This document shows positions 27,652-37,413 of a stretch of DNA of 64,000 nucleotides, piece by piece. The position numbers were made by a program, and so were the translations under genes. The notes under the pieces were generated by a model. The model ran no database searches. It was not told where the DNA came from and worked only from the letters and a program-made list of their open reading frames with translations. Numbering within the stretch: position 1 is the first letter of the stretch; every line of letters begins with the position of its first letter. The DNA is from Candidatus Kryptoniota bacterium (GTDB taxonomy: Bacteria; Bacteroidota; Ignavibacteria; Kryptoniales; JAKASW01): the NCBI GenBank assembly GCA_049966155.1, contig JBMFVE010000001.1, forward strand, positions 543,831 to 607,830. The letters are read 5' to 3'.

Positions 27652-28704
27652 TTATTCTTCTAATACCAGTGGTTCTATCTCAAGCTTGATCCCGAAGATA
27701 CTCATGACCTTTTCTCGAATTTCAGTAGCAAGGCCAATTAGTTCTGAGGTGGTGCCGCCAAAATTGACAAGCGCAAGCGCATGGTTGGCGGAAATTCCCA
27801 CTCCACCTTTTCTGAACCCTCGATGAAATCCAGCATTTTCTACCAGCCAGGCCGCTGAAATCTTGACTCCTCCTTTCACTGGAAAGATCGGCACCTTATC
27901 TGATACCCCAAGCTCATCTGCTTTCGCCATAAAAGTGCGAAATTGACCTTCGTTTAGTACAGGATTCACAAAAAAAGAACCAACTGATTTTGAATTTGGA
28001 TCATCTGGGTCAAGGATCATTGACTTTTTCTTCCTTAAAGTCAGGACAGCTGACCTGACAAGGTTTAGCGTTACCTTCGTTCTCCCCTCCCAAATTTTAA
28101 ACTGATCCAATAGTTCCGGGTATTTAATTAATGGCGCCCCATGTTTCCTTAAAGCAAATCCTACACCGATTATAATAAACCTGCCTTTATCCGCGAGCTT
28201 GAACCGACTTGTTCGATATCCGAACCCACATTCACTTCCATTAAATTTGAAAACTGATTTTGTTGAACGATCAAGCACAGTAACTTCTTCTATTGTGTCA
28301 GAGACTTCCTGGCCATAAGCACCGACATTCTGAATAGGTGTCGCACCGGTAAGTCCTGGGATTCCTGAAAGGCATTCCACACCTGCAAGTTCCTGTTCAA
28401 CGCAAAATTTTACGAAATCGTCCCAAGGTTCACCCGCAGCAATACTCGCATGAACAATACTCCCTTCATCCTCAAAAACCTTACCCCTCAGCCCCACTTT
28501 CAAAACCAAGCCGTCATACCCTTTATCTGAAAAGACAACATTGCTTCCTCCACCTATTATCACGCAACTCAACTGCCTGTTTTCAGCAAACTCAAGAGCT
28601 TCGATAATTTCTTCAATCGAAGTGCATTCCACAAAATAGCGTGCCCGCCCGCCGAGCTGAATAGTGGTCAATTCGGAAAGATTAACAAATTCCTGTAGCT
28701 TCAT
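27652..28704 (-). CDS. murB: UDP-N-acetylenolpyruvoylglucosamine reductase
   Basis: 350 aa. FAD-binding PCMH-type domain (IIGGGSNV) and the MurB C-terminal domain pattern. Confidence 0.88.
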   Translation of the reverse strand: MKLQEFVNLSELTTIQLGGRARYFVECTSIEEIIEALEFAENRQLSCVIIGGGSNVVFSDKGYDGLVLKVGLRGKVFEDEGSIVHASIAAGEPWDDFVKFCVEQELAGVECLSGIPGLTGATPIQNVGAYGQEVSDTIEEVTVLDRSTKSVFKFNGSECGFGYRTSRFKLADKGRFIIIGVGFALRKHGAPLIKYPELLDQFKIWEGRTKVTLNLVRSAVLTLRKKKSMILDPDDPNSKSVGSFFVNPVLNEGQFRTFMAKADELGVSDKVPIFPVKGGVKISAAWLVENAGFHRGFRKGGVGISANHALALVNFGGTTSELIGLATEIREKVMSIFGIKLEIEPLVLEE

Positions 28705-28736
28705 ATGAAATTAATCGTACACAAAATTGATAGAAC

Positions 28737-29426
28737 TTACTTTCCGCGAGATAACCTGTCAGCAAGAAAAAAGGGGAGTCCGGCGGCAAGTATTTTCTCT
28801 GCTGGCATTCTGTAATCGTATTCCACCCGCACATTTTCGTACGACATGGTTGCAGTATCTATAATGCCATAACTGGGACGGTAATCACCATCCCGGGGTT
28901 GACCTACACTCCCTACGTTAATCAGGCGCCGCTGTTTCCCGTCAGGGAGCCTTTTCTCAAATATTGAAGGAATATGAGTGTGCCCAAACAAGCAGGTGGA
29001 TTCATTAAAGAAATCCATCTCATAAATAGCATCCTCTTTTGTAATGACATACTTCCACTCCGTTGGATTTGATGGAGAAGCATGGACGGCACGAAAGTCG
29101 TCCAGTCTTAAATCTACCGGCAAGCTTTTTAGCCAGTGCAAATTTTCCTCTGAAATTAGATTTTTGTTATACGTTATTGCCGCCTTTGCAAATGTATTCA
29201 TCATGGAGTACGCAAAATCATCAAAAACTGCAGCATCATGGTTTCCCAATACAGCATACCTGGCTCTTTGACGAATTAACTCAATTACTTCATCAGGATT
29301 GGCTCCGTAGCCAACAATATCCCCTAAACAAATCACATCATCTACTTGCTTCCTATCTATCGATCTCAAAACTGCTATCAGCGCTTCAAGATTAGAATGT
29401 ATGTCCGAGACAATAGCGTATCTCAT
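28737..29426 (-). CDS. Metallophosphoesterase (calcineurin-like, YfcE/MJ0936-type)
   Basis: 229 aa. Motifs SDIHSN, GDIVGYG, GNHD and GHTH. Confidence 0.85.
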   Translation of the reverse strand: MRYAIVSDIHSNLEALIAVLRSIDRKQVDDVICLGDIVGYGANPDEVIELIRQRARYAVLGNHDAAVFDDFAYSMMNTFAKAAITYNKNLISEENLHWLKSLPVDLRLDDFRAVHASPSNPTEWKYVITKEDAIYEMDFFNESTCLFGHTHIPSIFEKRLPDGKQRRLINVGSVGQPRDGDYRPSYGIIDTATMSYENVRVEYDYRMPAEKILAAGLPFFLADRLSRGK

Positions 29427-30010
29427 TATATTCTCTCTGCTCTCCCAGCAACAAAGAAAGAGTCAAGACGGATAACTTCAGCTACTTTTAATCCGCCATA
29501 CTTAAACTGAGAAATTATATCCCTGTCGAGGTGACAGCCTCCTGCTGCGAATTTCCATAAAGGTGTGACAAACTTTTCAAACTTCGCTAAAGCAGGTTTC
29601 TCCGATACAGGATGTTCTGCAAAATAAAATGACCCTCCAGACTTTAATACTCGAGAAATTTCCCTCGCAGCTGCAACAGGATCGCCAATTGTGCAAAAAG
29701 TTAAGGTAGATACCACCGTATCAAACGAACTATCTGTAAAGGGAAGCTGTTCTGCTACAGCGCGAACTAACTGTGTGCTTTGAGTAGTTCTCTTCATGGC
29801 CCTCCTGATCATATATTTGTCGGGTTCAATGGCTATAACGCTTTCTGCTCTGCTGAAGTACTTGAAATTCAAGCCTGTACCGGTCCCGATTTCCAACACT
29901 TTCCCCGTTGCTTTTTCAGCTATCATTTGTCTAACTTTGGAAAAGCCAAGACTGTCTGCAGGCACCATAAAGGTATCGTAAACTGCCGCAACAAAAAGAT
30001 GAGCGCTCAT
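29426..30010 (-). CDS. Class I SAM-dependent methyltransferase (Methyltransf_11-like)
   Basis: 194 aa. Motif I is VLEIGTGTGLN. Its start lies 1 nt from the dctM stop, and its stop overlaps the phosphoesterase ATG (TAATG). Confidence 0.8.
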   Translation of the reverse strand: MSAHLFVAAVYDTFMVPADSLGFSKVRQMIAEKATGKVLEIGTGTGLNFKYFSRAESVIAIEPDKYMIRRAMKRTTQSTQLVRAVAEQLPFTDSSFDTVVSTLTFCTIGDPVAAAREISRVLKSGGSFYFAEHPVSEKPALAKFEKFVTPLWKFAAGGCHLDRDIISQFKYGGLKVAEVIRLDSFFVAGRAERI

Positions 30011-30011
30011 T

Positions 30012-31310
30012 TTACTGTACTTTCATAACACGGGTAAGGTACAGAGAGAGTTCCGGCAAATATGTCACAACCAGGAGAGCCAGAACACTTATCGCAAGAA
30101 ACGGAAGAACTGCCCGATAAACTTTTACTATATCGGTTTCAAACCTCAAACTTGAGATGAACAAATTCAACCCAAGAGGAGGCAGCATATAACCAATCTC
30201 AAGATTCAGGAGAAAAATAACACCAAGATGAATGGGATCAATTCCGTACTGAATTGCAATTGGCACGATAAGCGGAACAACAATGATAATTGCTGAAAAA
30301 ATTTCCACCATGTTTATTACAAGTAAGAAGATATTCAACAGAACAAGAAATAGAAGCTGACTTGATACAAACTTATGAATCAAAGCAAAGAGCTGCATCG
30401 GTATCTGCTCATCAATCAAATAGTTAGTCAAACCGAGAGCAGTGCCAAGAACCACAAATATTGCTCCCACAAGCATCATACTCTTTCGCACTATGGTGGG
30501 AAGATCTGCTTTCCCGTTCAACTTACCTGCAAATAATCGTATATCCCTGGTGATGAACACCTCAACCAGGAAAACATAAAAAGCCATTATTGCACTTGCT
30601 TCAGTGGCGGTGAAGATCCCTGCATAAATTCCCCCGATGATAATAAATGGTAATGGAATTTCCCATATCGCACCTTTAATTGCCTGTATAGCTTCAGATA
30701 TTGAAAATGATACTCTTGGGGCATTAGACTTCACGCCAGTATATACACTATAACCGGACAACATTAAGATTATCAAAATTCCCGGTATAAAGCCGGCAGC
30801 AAAAAGCCTGTCTATGCTGATTTTTGCAACGATGCCGTAGAGAATGATGGGCAAGCTCGGCGGAAACAAAAGACCAAGGCTTCCTGAAGTTGTCATCAAT
30901 CCCAGAGAAAATCTCTCAGGATACTTTTCCCTGACGAGAACCGGGTAAAGTAAACCACCCAGCGCAACAATTGTTACACCAGAAGCTCCAGTAAAAGCAG
31001 TAAAGACAGCGGTTGAAATAAGTGAAACTATTGCGAGCCCGCCAGGCATCCAACCAAACAAAGCCTGAGCCAGTCTCACAAGCCTTTTAGGTGCCTCACT
31101 TTCCGCAAGTAGGTAGCCAGCAAATGTAAAAAGTGGTATTGCTATCAGGGCTGGCAGGCTTGCAAGCCGATACAGCTCTACAATTACTGCCGAAGTGTCA
31201 ATACCAATTGATTTAAACAACAAAAGTGCTCCGCCACCAATTAACACAAATACAGGAGCACCAAATAAAACAAGCAGGATAATTATTAAGCCAATCAATA
31301 CAAAGATCAT
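30012..31310 (-). CDS. dctM: TRAP transporter large permease subunit
   Basis: 432 aa, highly hydrophobic, roughly 12 TM segments. Typical DctM pattern, and it is adjacent to the Q and P subunits. Confidence 0.88.
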   Translation of the reverse strand: MIFVLIGLIIILLVLFGAPVFVLIGGGALLLFKSIGIDTSAVIVELYRLASLPALIAIPLFTFAGYLLAESEAPKRLVRLAQALFGWMPGGLAIVSLISTAVFTAFTGASGVTIVALGGLLYPVLVREKYPERFSLGLMTTSGSLGLLFPPSLPIILYGIVAKISIDRLFAAGFIPGILIILMLSGYSVYTGVKSNAPRVSFSISEAIQAIKGAIWEIPLPFIIIGGIYAGIFTATEASAIMAFYVFLVEVFITRDIRLFAGKLNGKADLPTIVRKSMMLVGAIFVVLGTALGLTNYLIDEQIPMQLFALIHKFVSSQLLFLVLLNIFLLVINMVEIFSAIIIVVPLIVPIAIQYGIDPIHLGVIFLLNLEIGYMLPPLGLNLFISSLRFETDIVKVYRAVLPFLAISVLALLVVTYLPELSLYLTRVMKVQ

Positions 31311-31367
31311 CTTATGTTAACCTCTATCTCACAAATTGACCTATCAAACTTTTCCAATTGATGTTCA

Positions 31368-31880
31368 CTAAATTATTTCCGACTTTCTTGGCCCATAAGC
31401 ACCCACTTCAATCGCTCTGAACAAAAAATGCAGGCCCAACAGCCCAAACCCAATGGGTATTATTACTTCAAAGTGATATGACATAACATTCTTTCCAAAA
31501 ATCGTAAAAAGAGGCTGATTATTATATTCTATCTCATCCCTGACAAACGAAATTCCCGCCTGAACAAGAAACGAGCACACGACAGCCGATCCGAGATTGA
31601 GGAACACCTGTATGATTCTTCGTAACCCTGGAGCCAGTCTTTTTGTAAAAATGTCTATTGAAAAATGGCGCGATTCTTTTGCTGCAAGGGCGGCTCCCAA
31701 AAAACCAATCCACAGGACAAGGTGTCGTAAAAAAACATCTGCCCAAACGATCCCTGTTGACCAGAACTCGCGCAGTATGACCTGAAGGAAAGCCATTATC
31801 ATCGTTGCTGTTAGGAATATCACAAGGAACAAATTTTCAATCAAACCTATCCACTTTTCTAACTTAAAAATTATTTTCAT
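31368..31880 (-). CDS. dctQ: TRAP transporter small permease subunit
   Basis: 170 aa, 4 TM segments, DctQ-like. It overlaps the dctP stop by 4 nt. Confidence 0.8.
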   Translation of the reverse strand: MKIIFKLEKWIGLIENLFLVIFLTATMIMAFLQVILREFWSTGIVWADVFLRHLVLWIGFLGAALAAKESRHFSIDIFTKRLAPGLRRIIQVFLNLGSAVVCSFLVQAGISFVRDEIEYNNQPLFTIFGKNVMSYHFEVIIPIGFGLLGLHFLFRAIEVGAYGPRKSEII

Positions 31881-32878
31881 TTTCCGGGGTGCGCCTGACG
31901 AAACTGAGATAGTGCTGATTCAACCTTTTTTAAAAAATCGGCACTGTAAAGCTGACCTACAAGCATTTGACGGGCTTCTTCACCTGTCCTGTAATAATAT
32001 TGTAAATCACTCTTTGACTTTGGCCTTGTAACAATGATTCCCTTGGATTCGAGTGTCTTGATGGCATCAGCATTTTCTTTTCTGCTCAACCTGGTCAACT
32101 TTGACAGGTAAATCTGGCCGTTTTTTAGCAATATATTTTGAAGATCGCTTGGAAGAGCGTCAAAGTACTTTTTTGAGATCAGGACAGCACCTGATGAATT
32201 TGCAAGAGGAAGATCGAGCATGTACTTAACTTTTGTATACCATTGAAGAGCAATTATTGCGTATGGTGTTGAATAAACACAGTTTATCATACCTGTCTGC
32301 AAAGCTGAGTTTACATCAGTAATGGAAAGTGGAATTGGAGTGAGATGCAAAACTTTGAACGACACCTGGGCTATTGGATCGCCCTCCCACATCCACGCCT
32401 TTACATCCTTCATGTCTTGGACTGAATAAATCGGCTTTTGAGTAAAAACATTTACAAATCCAACTTCTGCCCAGCCGAGCAACACAAACCCCCCTTTTTC
32501 AAAGTCGCTCTTAAATTCATCCCCGAATTTCTCGTAAATGTAATCTATCTCGGCAGCATTCCTAAATAAGAAGGGCGTATCAAGTATTCGCACCTCGGGA
32601 GCAATTTCCCCCATACCTACACCGGTAAAACCACCAGCTTGATACTGCCCGATCCTAATTTTTCTCAAAACATCCTTTTCATCGCCAGCAACGCCACCAG
32701 CATAAAACTTAAAACCGAGTCTGCCTGCACTTTCCTTCCTGACAGCTGTATCGTATTCTTTCATAACGTTCATCCATGAGCTGCCATCCGGCGCAATAGT
32801 TGCAAATTTAATCGTATATTGTTGCGCTTGCAATGAAAAAGCTGCAAATAAGACCGTCAAAAATATTCCTGATTTCAT
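31877..32878 (-). CDS. dctP: TRAP transporter substrate-binding protein
   Basis: 333 aa. Signal peptide, then a DctP-family pattern (KFATIAPDGSSW...). Confidence 0.85.
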   Translation of the reverse strand: MKSGIFLTVLFAAFSLQAQQYTIKFATIAPDGSSWMNVMKEYDTAVRKESAGRLGFKFYAGGVAGDEKDVLRKIRIGQYQAGGFTGVGMGEIAPEVRILDTPFLFRNAAEIDYIYEKFGDEFKSDFEKGGFVLLGWAEVGFVNVFTQKPIYSVQDMKDVKAWMWEGDPIAQVSFKVLHLTPIPLSITDVNSALQTGMINCVYSTPYAIIALQWYTKVKYMLDLPLANSSGAVLISKKYFDALPSDLQNILLKNGQIYLSKLTRLSRKENADAIKTLESKGIIVTRPKSKSDLQYYYRTGEEARQMLVGQLYSADFLKKVESALSQFRQAHPGK

Positions 32879-32902
32879 TTCTTACTTTACTTCCTTTCCT
32901 TT

Positions 32903-33775
32903 TCAAAAATAATCATTTTCCTTCTCCAGGAGTGCCTTAGATTTTGATTTTGCTATTGCATTGGCCAGGTCCTGTTGCACTAAAATATGAACAGGAGCAT
33001 TTACAACTTTTTTTAACAGAGCCCTAAATAAATCCCTGTCCTGCCTCATCACCGCATATGTTTTAGCATAGTAATAATATGCCATTAGAAATTTCCCACC
33101 TGAAATCTGTATGGCTCGCTCGAAATGTCTGCGGGCCGATGCTGTATCTCCTCCGAAAAGGGGAGGCAAGCTTGCTTCGATGGTTCCAAAAAACAGATGT
33201 GCACCTCCATAAAAATAAGTCTCATCATGTTTTAAAACGAAGCCCATCATTGCCTCAACTTTGGGAAGGTCGGCAATAGCTTCAATATTGTCGCGATTTA
33301 AATTAATATAGCTTCCCCATGCATTGGCTGTCCAAAAAATTGCAGGGATGTCCGACTTTCCAAACATAGATAAAGCTTTTTGAAAGCTGTCAAGATTGCC
33401 ATTAAAACTCATTTTAAAGGCTTTATTTTTGAATAAAATTCTTAAACCGTAATCACGCGCCCGCAAATACATTTCACTTGCCCTGGCTGCAGAAGAGTCC
33501 TCAACAAATCCAAGGGCATAACTTGCATATCCCTGTGCACCAAGAAGCAAAAGCTCCTCGTTATCAGGTGCTTTTAAAATCAGTCCATCAAGCAACTTTA
33601 AATCAGCGGGGATTGCAGCTGCCGCAAGCTTCAGATCTGTCTCCTGATTCATGGCTTCAAAACCACCTTCCAGTATCCCACTAGTAGCACTTATTGTCAG
33701 TGAAACAATACTGCAACTGCTTGCTGTAAACATAAAGCTCACAAAAAATGCCGGCAAAAGAAAATATCTCAACAC
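32903..33775 (-). CDS. tatT: TRAP-T-associated TPR lipoprotein (TatT family)
   Basis: 290 aa. Lipobox-like TASSC, all-helical TPR-like sequence and position immediately upstream of dctPQM. It resembles the TatT component family as I recall it from Treponema pallidum. Confidence 0.6.
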   Translation of the reverse strand: MLRYFLLPAFFVSFMFTASSCSIVSLTISATSGILEGGFEAMNQETDLKLAAAAIPADLKLLDGLILKAPDNEELLLLGAQGYASYALGFVEDSSAARASEMYLRARDYGLRILFKNKAFKMSFNGNLDSFQKALSMFGKSDIPAIFWTANAWGSYINLNRDNIEAIADLPKVEAMMGFVLKHDETYFYGGAHLFFGTIEASLPPLFGGDTASARRHFERAIQISGGKFLMAYYYYAKTYAVMRQDRDLFRALLKKVVNAPVHILVQQDLANAIAKSKSKALLEKENDYF

Positions 33776-33829
33776 GGGAAGCGAACTCCTTTCGTTGACA
33801 TCGTTTCAAAGCAAGAATTTATATGGCAG

Positions 33830-34801
33830 TCAAACAGACAGCATTTGTTCGAGTATGAGAAGGTCGTTGTCTATTCCTTTCCTTTTTTCCCAGGTCTCCC
33901 TCATTGGTACAAGAACAACTTTCCCATTGACCTCCCCCGCCATAACATTGCCTTCCCCCCTTAAAAGAGCATCTACCGCAGCAGCACCCAGCTTGCTGGC
34001 AAGGACCCGATCACGAGCTGTTGGAGCTCCCCCTCGTTGTATATGACCCAGAACAGTCACGCGATACTCGAGATTAACAAACTGGCTCATTCGCTTGGCA
34101 AGATCCATTGCTCCGCCTTGAAAACACCCTTCGGCAATTACAATTATACTACTCCTCTGTCTTCCACCGGCAGTGAGTTTTTTACGAATTAGTTCAAAAT
34201 TTGCTTCGGTTTCAGGAATGGCAATATATTCCGCACCTGTGCTAATTCCAACGTCCAGTGCGATAAACCCCGAGTCTCGTCCCATCACTTCAACATAGAA
34301 AACCCTGTCATGCGCATCGGCAGTATCTCTAATTTTATCGATTGCCTCCACTGCGGTATTTATTGCGGTATCATATCCAATAGTATAGTCAGTTCCGTAA
34401 AGATCATTATCAATTGTTCCGGGAACGCCTACTGTCGGGATACCCTGTTCTTCATAAAGTAAGGTAGCCCCCTGGAAGGTACCGTTACCTCCAATTGCGA
34501 CCAGGCCATCAATTCCATTCGCTCGCAGGTTAGCTGCTGCTTTTGCCCTCCCCTCAGGAGTACGGAACTCCGAAGACCGTGCTGTCTTCAAAATTGTTCC
34601 ACCGCGTTGAATAATATTTGATACAGATCTTGGTCCCATCGGCTGAAAATCGCCCTTGATCATCCCGTTATAACCATGCTGGATCCCAATAACCTCTACT
34701 TTCCGGTAAAATGCAGTCCTTACAATCGCTCTTATAGCAGCGTTCATCCCCGGAGCATCGCCGCCGCTGGTGAACACACCTATTCTCTTGAATTTGATCA
34801 T
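33830..34801 (-). CDS. pfkA: ATP-dependent 6-phosphofructokinase
   Basis: 323 aa. Motifs GGDAPGMNAAIRA, GGNGT and PGTIDND. Gly at both specificity positions argues for ATP rather than PPi dependence. Confidence 0.92.
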   Translation of the reverse strand: MIKFKRIGVFTSGGDAPGMNAAIRAIVRTAFYRKVEVIGIQHGYNGMIKGDFQPMGPRSVSNIIQRGGTILKTARSSEFRTPEGRAKAAANLRANGIDGLVAIGGNGTFQGATLLYEEQGIPTVGVPGTIDNDLYGTDYTIGYDTAINTAVEAIDKIRDTADAHDRVFYVEVMGRDSGFIALDVGISTGAEYIAIPETEANFELIRKKLTAGGRQRSSIIVIAEGCFQGGAMDLAKRMSQFVNLEYRVTVLGHIQRGGAPTARDRVLASKLGAAAVDALLRGEGNVMAGEVNGKVVLVPMRETWEKRKGIDNDLLILEQMLSV

Positions 34802-34856
34802 ATCTTCCTTTTAAAAAATCGATTCTAATTTATTACCCTGCTCGAGAAAATGCAAA

Positions 34857-34933
34857 GTGTGCAATTATTTTACCATGCTTTTCAACAAATTTGCGACCAA
34901 TTCATAAAAAATTTGTGCAAATTATTGTTACCA
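34857..34933. repeat. Imperfect direct repeat in the divergent pfkA / 7TM-HD promoter region; possible operator
   Basis: TGTGCAATTATTTTACCA (34858-34875) and TGTGCAAATTATTGTTACCA (34914-34933). They are identical apart from two 1-nt indels. The second copy overlaps the inverted repeat AATTTG-TG-CAAATT. Confidence 0.35.
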
Positions 34934-34992
34934 AAATGATTAACTTTATAAGAAGTGAGAAGTTTTTAAAATAAGTTTTTAAATTAAACACG

Positions 34993-37401
34993 ATGGCGTT
35001 AATCACATCATTTATTAGAAGGTTCGCAGGACAAACGAAGAAAATAGACTTTGAGAAGAGCCCAGTGATAAAGGCGTTCTTATTCCTTGCACTAATCGCT
35101 GCAATTTCCCTCCTCTTCCCAGCGCCAGAACAATTTCAAAGAAACTACGAAATTGGCACTATCTGGACACATGAAGATGTAATAGCTCCCTTCTCGTTTG
35201 CTGTTTACAAGGACGAATCAGAATACCGGAAAGAAGTTCATGAGGCAGCTGCAAACGTAAAGCCTGTTTTCGACAAAATTAATGTGGCTAAATACCGCAC
35301 AGATTCGATAACTTCATTTATCCGAAGTATTCAGTCGGCTCTTGAGACAGAATTAAAGATGTCAAGAGAACGAAATCCAAAAGTACTATCTTTAGACTCC
35401 ACTAAGCTACGTTCACAATTGACGGCGCTCCCCTATCAGTTCAATACCTCAGAATGGACACAACTGTTCAATCACTTTTATCGGCAGCGTTCATTTTTTG
35501 GCAAAATGAATGGGCTGGCGGAAATCAGCTCCCAGATTATCTCTCAGGCTTATGCCCAGGGTATCATAGACAGACCAAAAAACCAACTTAACTCGCGCCT
35601 CTTAGCCGTACGTCAGGGCACGCTGGAGACCTCTGAGCCAATTGACCAGGTGGTGACTATTGATGACCTCTACAGCCAGTTGCTTCAGGCAAATCTTCAA
35701 CTTTTTGAAGGAGACACAACAGTCGCACAGATTTTAAGCCACGCTATTTCTTTGCAAATTATCCCAAATTTATCTTTCAATCGAACTCAAACTGAACGAG
35801 AGATACAGGCTGCCGTTGATTTGGTACCGAGGACAGTTGGATATGTTAAAGAAAATGAGCGAATTGTCAGCAAACACGACAGAATCACACCCGATATAAA
35901 ATTAAAGCTTGACTCTCTCGAGAGGGCGTTAAGAGAACGAACAGGAAAAACAGAAATGATGCTCCAGTTCTCTGGCAGGTTTCTCATGGTGTTTGTCATT
36001 ATTGGGCTCTTTAGCCTATACATTTTCCTTTTCAGAAGGAAAATTTTTCAAAACAATAAGATGCTTACACTTATTGCGGTCTTATTTCTCTTTGAAGCAA
36101 TACTGGCGTACTTTGCATTCACCCAACAGACAAGTCTTCCAGTAGAGTATCTTATTCTTACACCCGTAGCATCGATGATTTTAGCCGTTGTCTTTGACTC
36201 CAGAGTTGCATTCCAGGGAACGGTCGCAATTGCTCTTTTAATTGGAGCAATTAAGGGCAACGATTTTGGTGCCGCGTTTGCATCCCTCAGCGCAGGAGCT
36301 CTGGCAGTTTACACAGTTCGCGATATGAAGAATCGCACACAGATTTTTAGAAGCCTTGTGTTCATCTTTATTGGTTACTCGATAGCGACACTGGCAATTT
36401 CTTTCCAGAGAGCTGAAGATTCTACCCGGATTCTTGCAAACTTTTCTTTCATTGCAATTAATTCAATCTTATCACCAATCATTACATTTGGCCTGCTCAT
36501 CTTTTTTGAGCGGGTTTTTAACATAGCTACTGATCTTACTCTTCTTGAACTATCGGATTTCAATCAACCTTTGCTAAAGGAGCTTTCTCAAAAAGCTCCT
36601 GGCACATTTCATCATTCAATCATTGTTGGTACTCTGGCTGAAAAAGCTGCTGAAGCTATTGGTGCCAATCCAATTCTGGCCAGAGTTGGAGCATATTATC
36701 ATGATATTGGTAAAACTCTAAAACCTGAATATTTTGTTGAAAACACAATGGACCCAACTAAATCAAAGCACGACTGGTTACCACCTGACATAAGTGGGCA
36801 GGTAGTTATGTCTCACGTGACAGATGGCATCGAACTGGCTAAAAAGTACAGACTCCCTCAACGATTGATTGATTTTATTCCAATGCACCATGGCACAACA
36901 TTGGTTTCGTACTTTTATGGAAAAGCATTGAGGCGACCTTTTGCAACGGGTGACATTCACGAAGAGGACTTCAGATATGAGGGGCCAAAGCCAAACTCAA
37001 AGGAGACTGCCATAGTTATGCTTGCAGACTCTGTAGAAGCTGCGACTCGGTCTCTTGCTGACAAGACCATAGAAAACGTCGAAGCAATGATAAATGCAAT
37101 AGTGAAAAGCCGATATGATGAAGGACAGCTCGACAATGCCGATTTGACTTTCAAGGACCTCACCAAAATTAAAGAAAGCTTTTTAAATGTGCTGTCTGGA
37201 ATTTATCACAAAAGAATTGAGTACCCTGATCAGGAAAGGAATCAGGAAGAATTGAAACAACAAATTAATGCCGAAGAAGTAAAGGAATTGACCCAGGAAG
37301 ATATCAACGCGCTCGCGCCTCCCTTAAAGAAACAGGTACAGACCAAATCAAGAAAGATCAAGAGCAACCGGAAGAACCAGAACCCAAGAAAGCAAAATTA
37401 G
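34993..37401 (+). CDS. 7TM receptor with intracellular HD/HDIG phosphohydrolase domain (PgpH-like)
   Basis: 802 aa. N-terminal extracellular domain, 7 TM segments, then an HD domain (HHSIIVG...YYHDIGK...MHHG). The C-terminal tail is rich in K, R, Q and N. Confidence 0.85.
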   Translation: MALITSFIRRFAGQTKKIDFEKSPVIKAFLFLALIAAISLLFPAPEQFQRNYEIGTIWTHEDVIAPFSFAVYKDESEYRKEVHEAAANVKPVFDKINVAKYRTDSITSFIRSIQSALETELKMSRERNPKVLSLDSTKLRSQLTALPYQFNTSEWTQLFNHFYRQRSFFGKMNGLAEISSQIISQAYAQGIIDRPKNQLNSRLLAVRQGTLETSEPIDQVVTIDDLYSQLLQANLQLFEGDTTVAQILSHAISLQIIPNLSFNRTQTEREIQAAVDLVPRTVGYVKENERIVSKHDRITPDIKLKLDSLERALRERTGKTEMMLQFSGRFLMVFVIIGLFSLYIFLFRRKIFQNNKMLTLIAVLFLFEAILAYFAFTQQTSLPVEYLILTPVASMILAVVFDSRVAFQGTVAIALLIGAIKGNDFGAAFASLSAGALAVYTVRDMKNRTQIFRSLVFIFIGYSIATLAISFQRAEDSTRILANFSFIAINSILSPIITFGLLIFFERVFNIATDLTLLELSDFNQPLLKELSQKAPGTFHHSIIVGTLAEKAAEAIGANPILARVGAYYHDIGKTLKPEYFVENTMDPTKSKHDWLPPDISGQVVMSHVTDGIELAKKYRLPQRLIDFIPMHHGTTLVSYFYGKALRRPFATGDIHEEDFRYEGPKPNSKETAIVMLADSVEAATRSLADKTIENVEAMINAIVKSRYDEGQLDNADLTFKDLTKIKESFLNVLSGIYHKRIEYPDQERNQEELKQQINAEEVKELTQEDINALAPPLKKQVQTKSRKIKSNRKNQNPRKQN

Positions 37402-37413
37402 TTGCAAATTACA

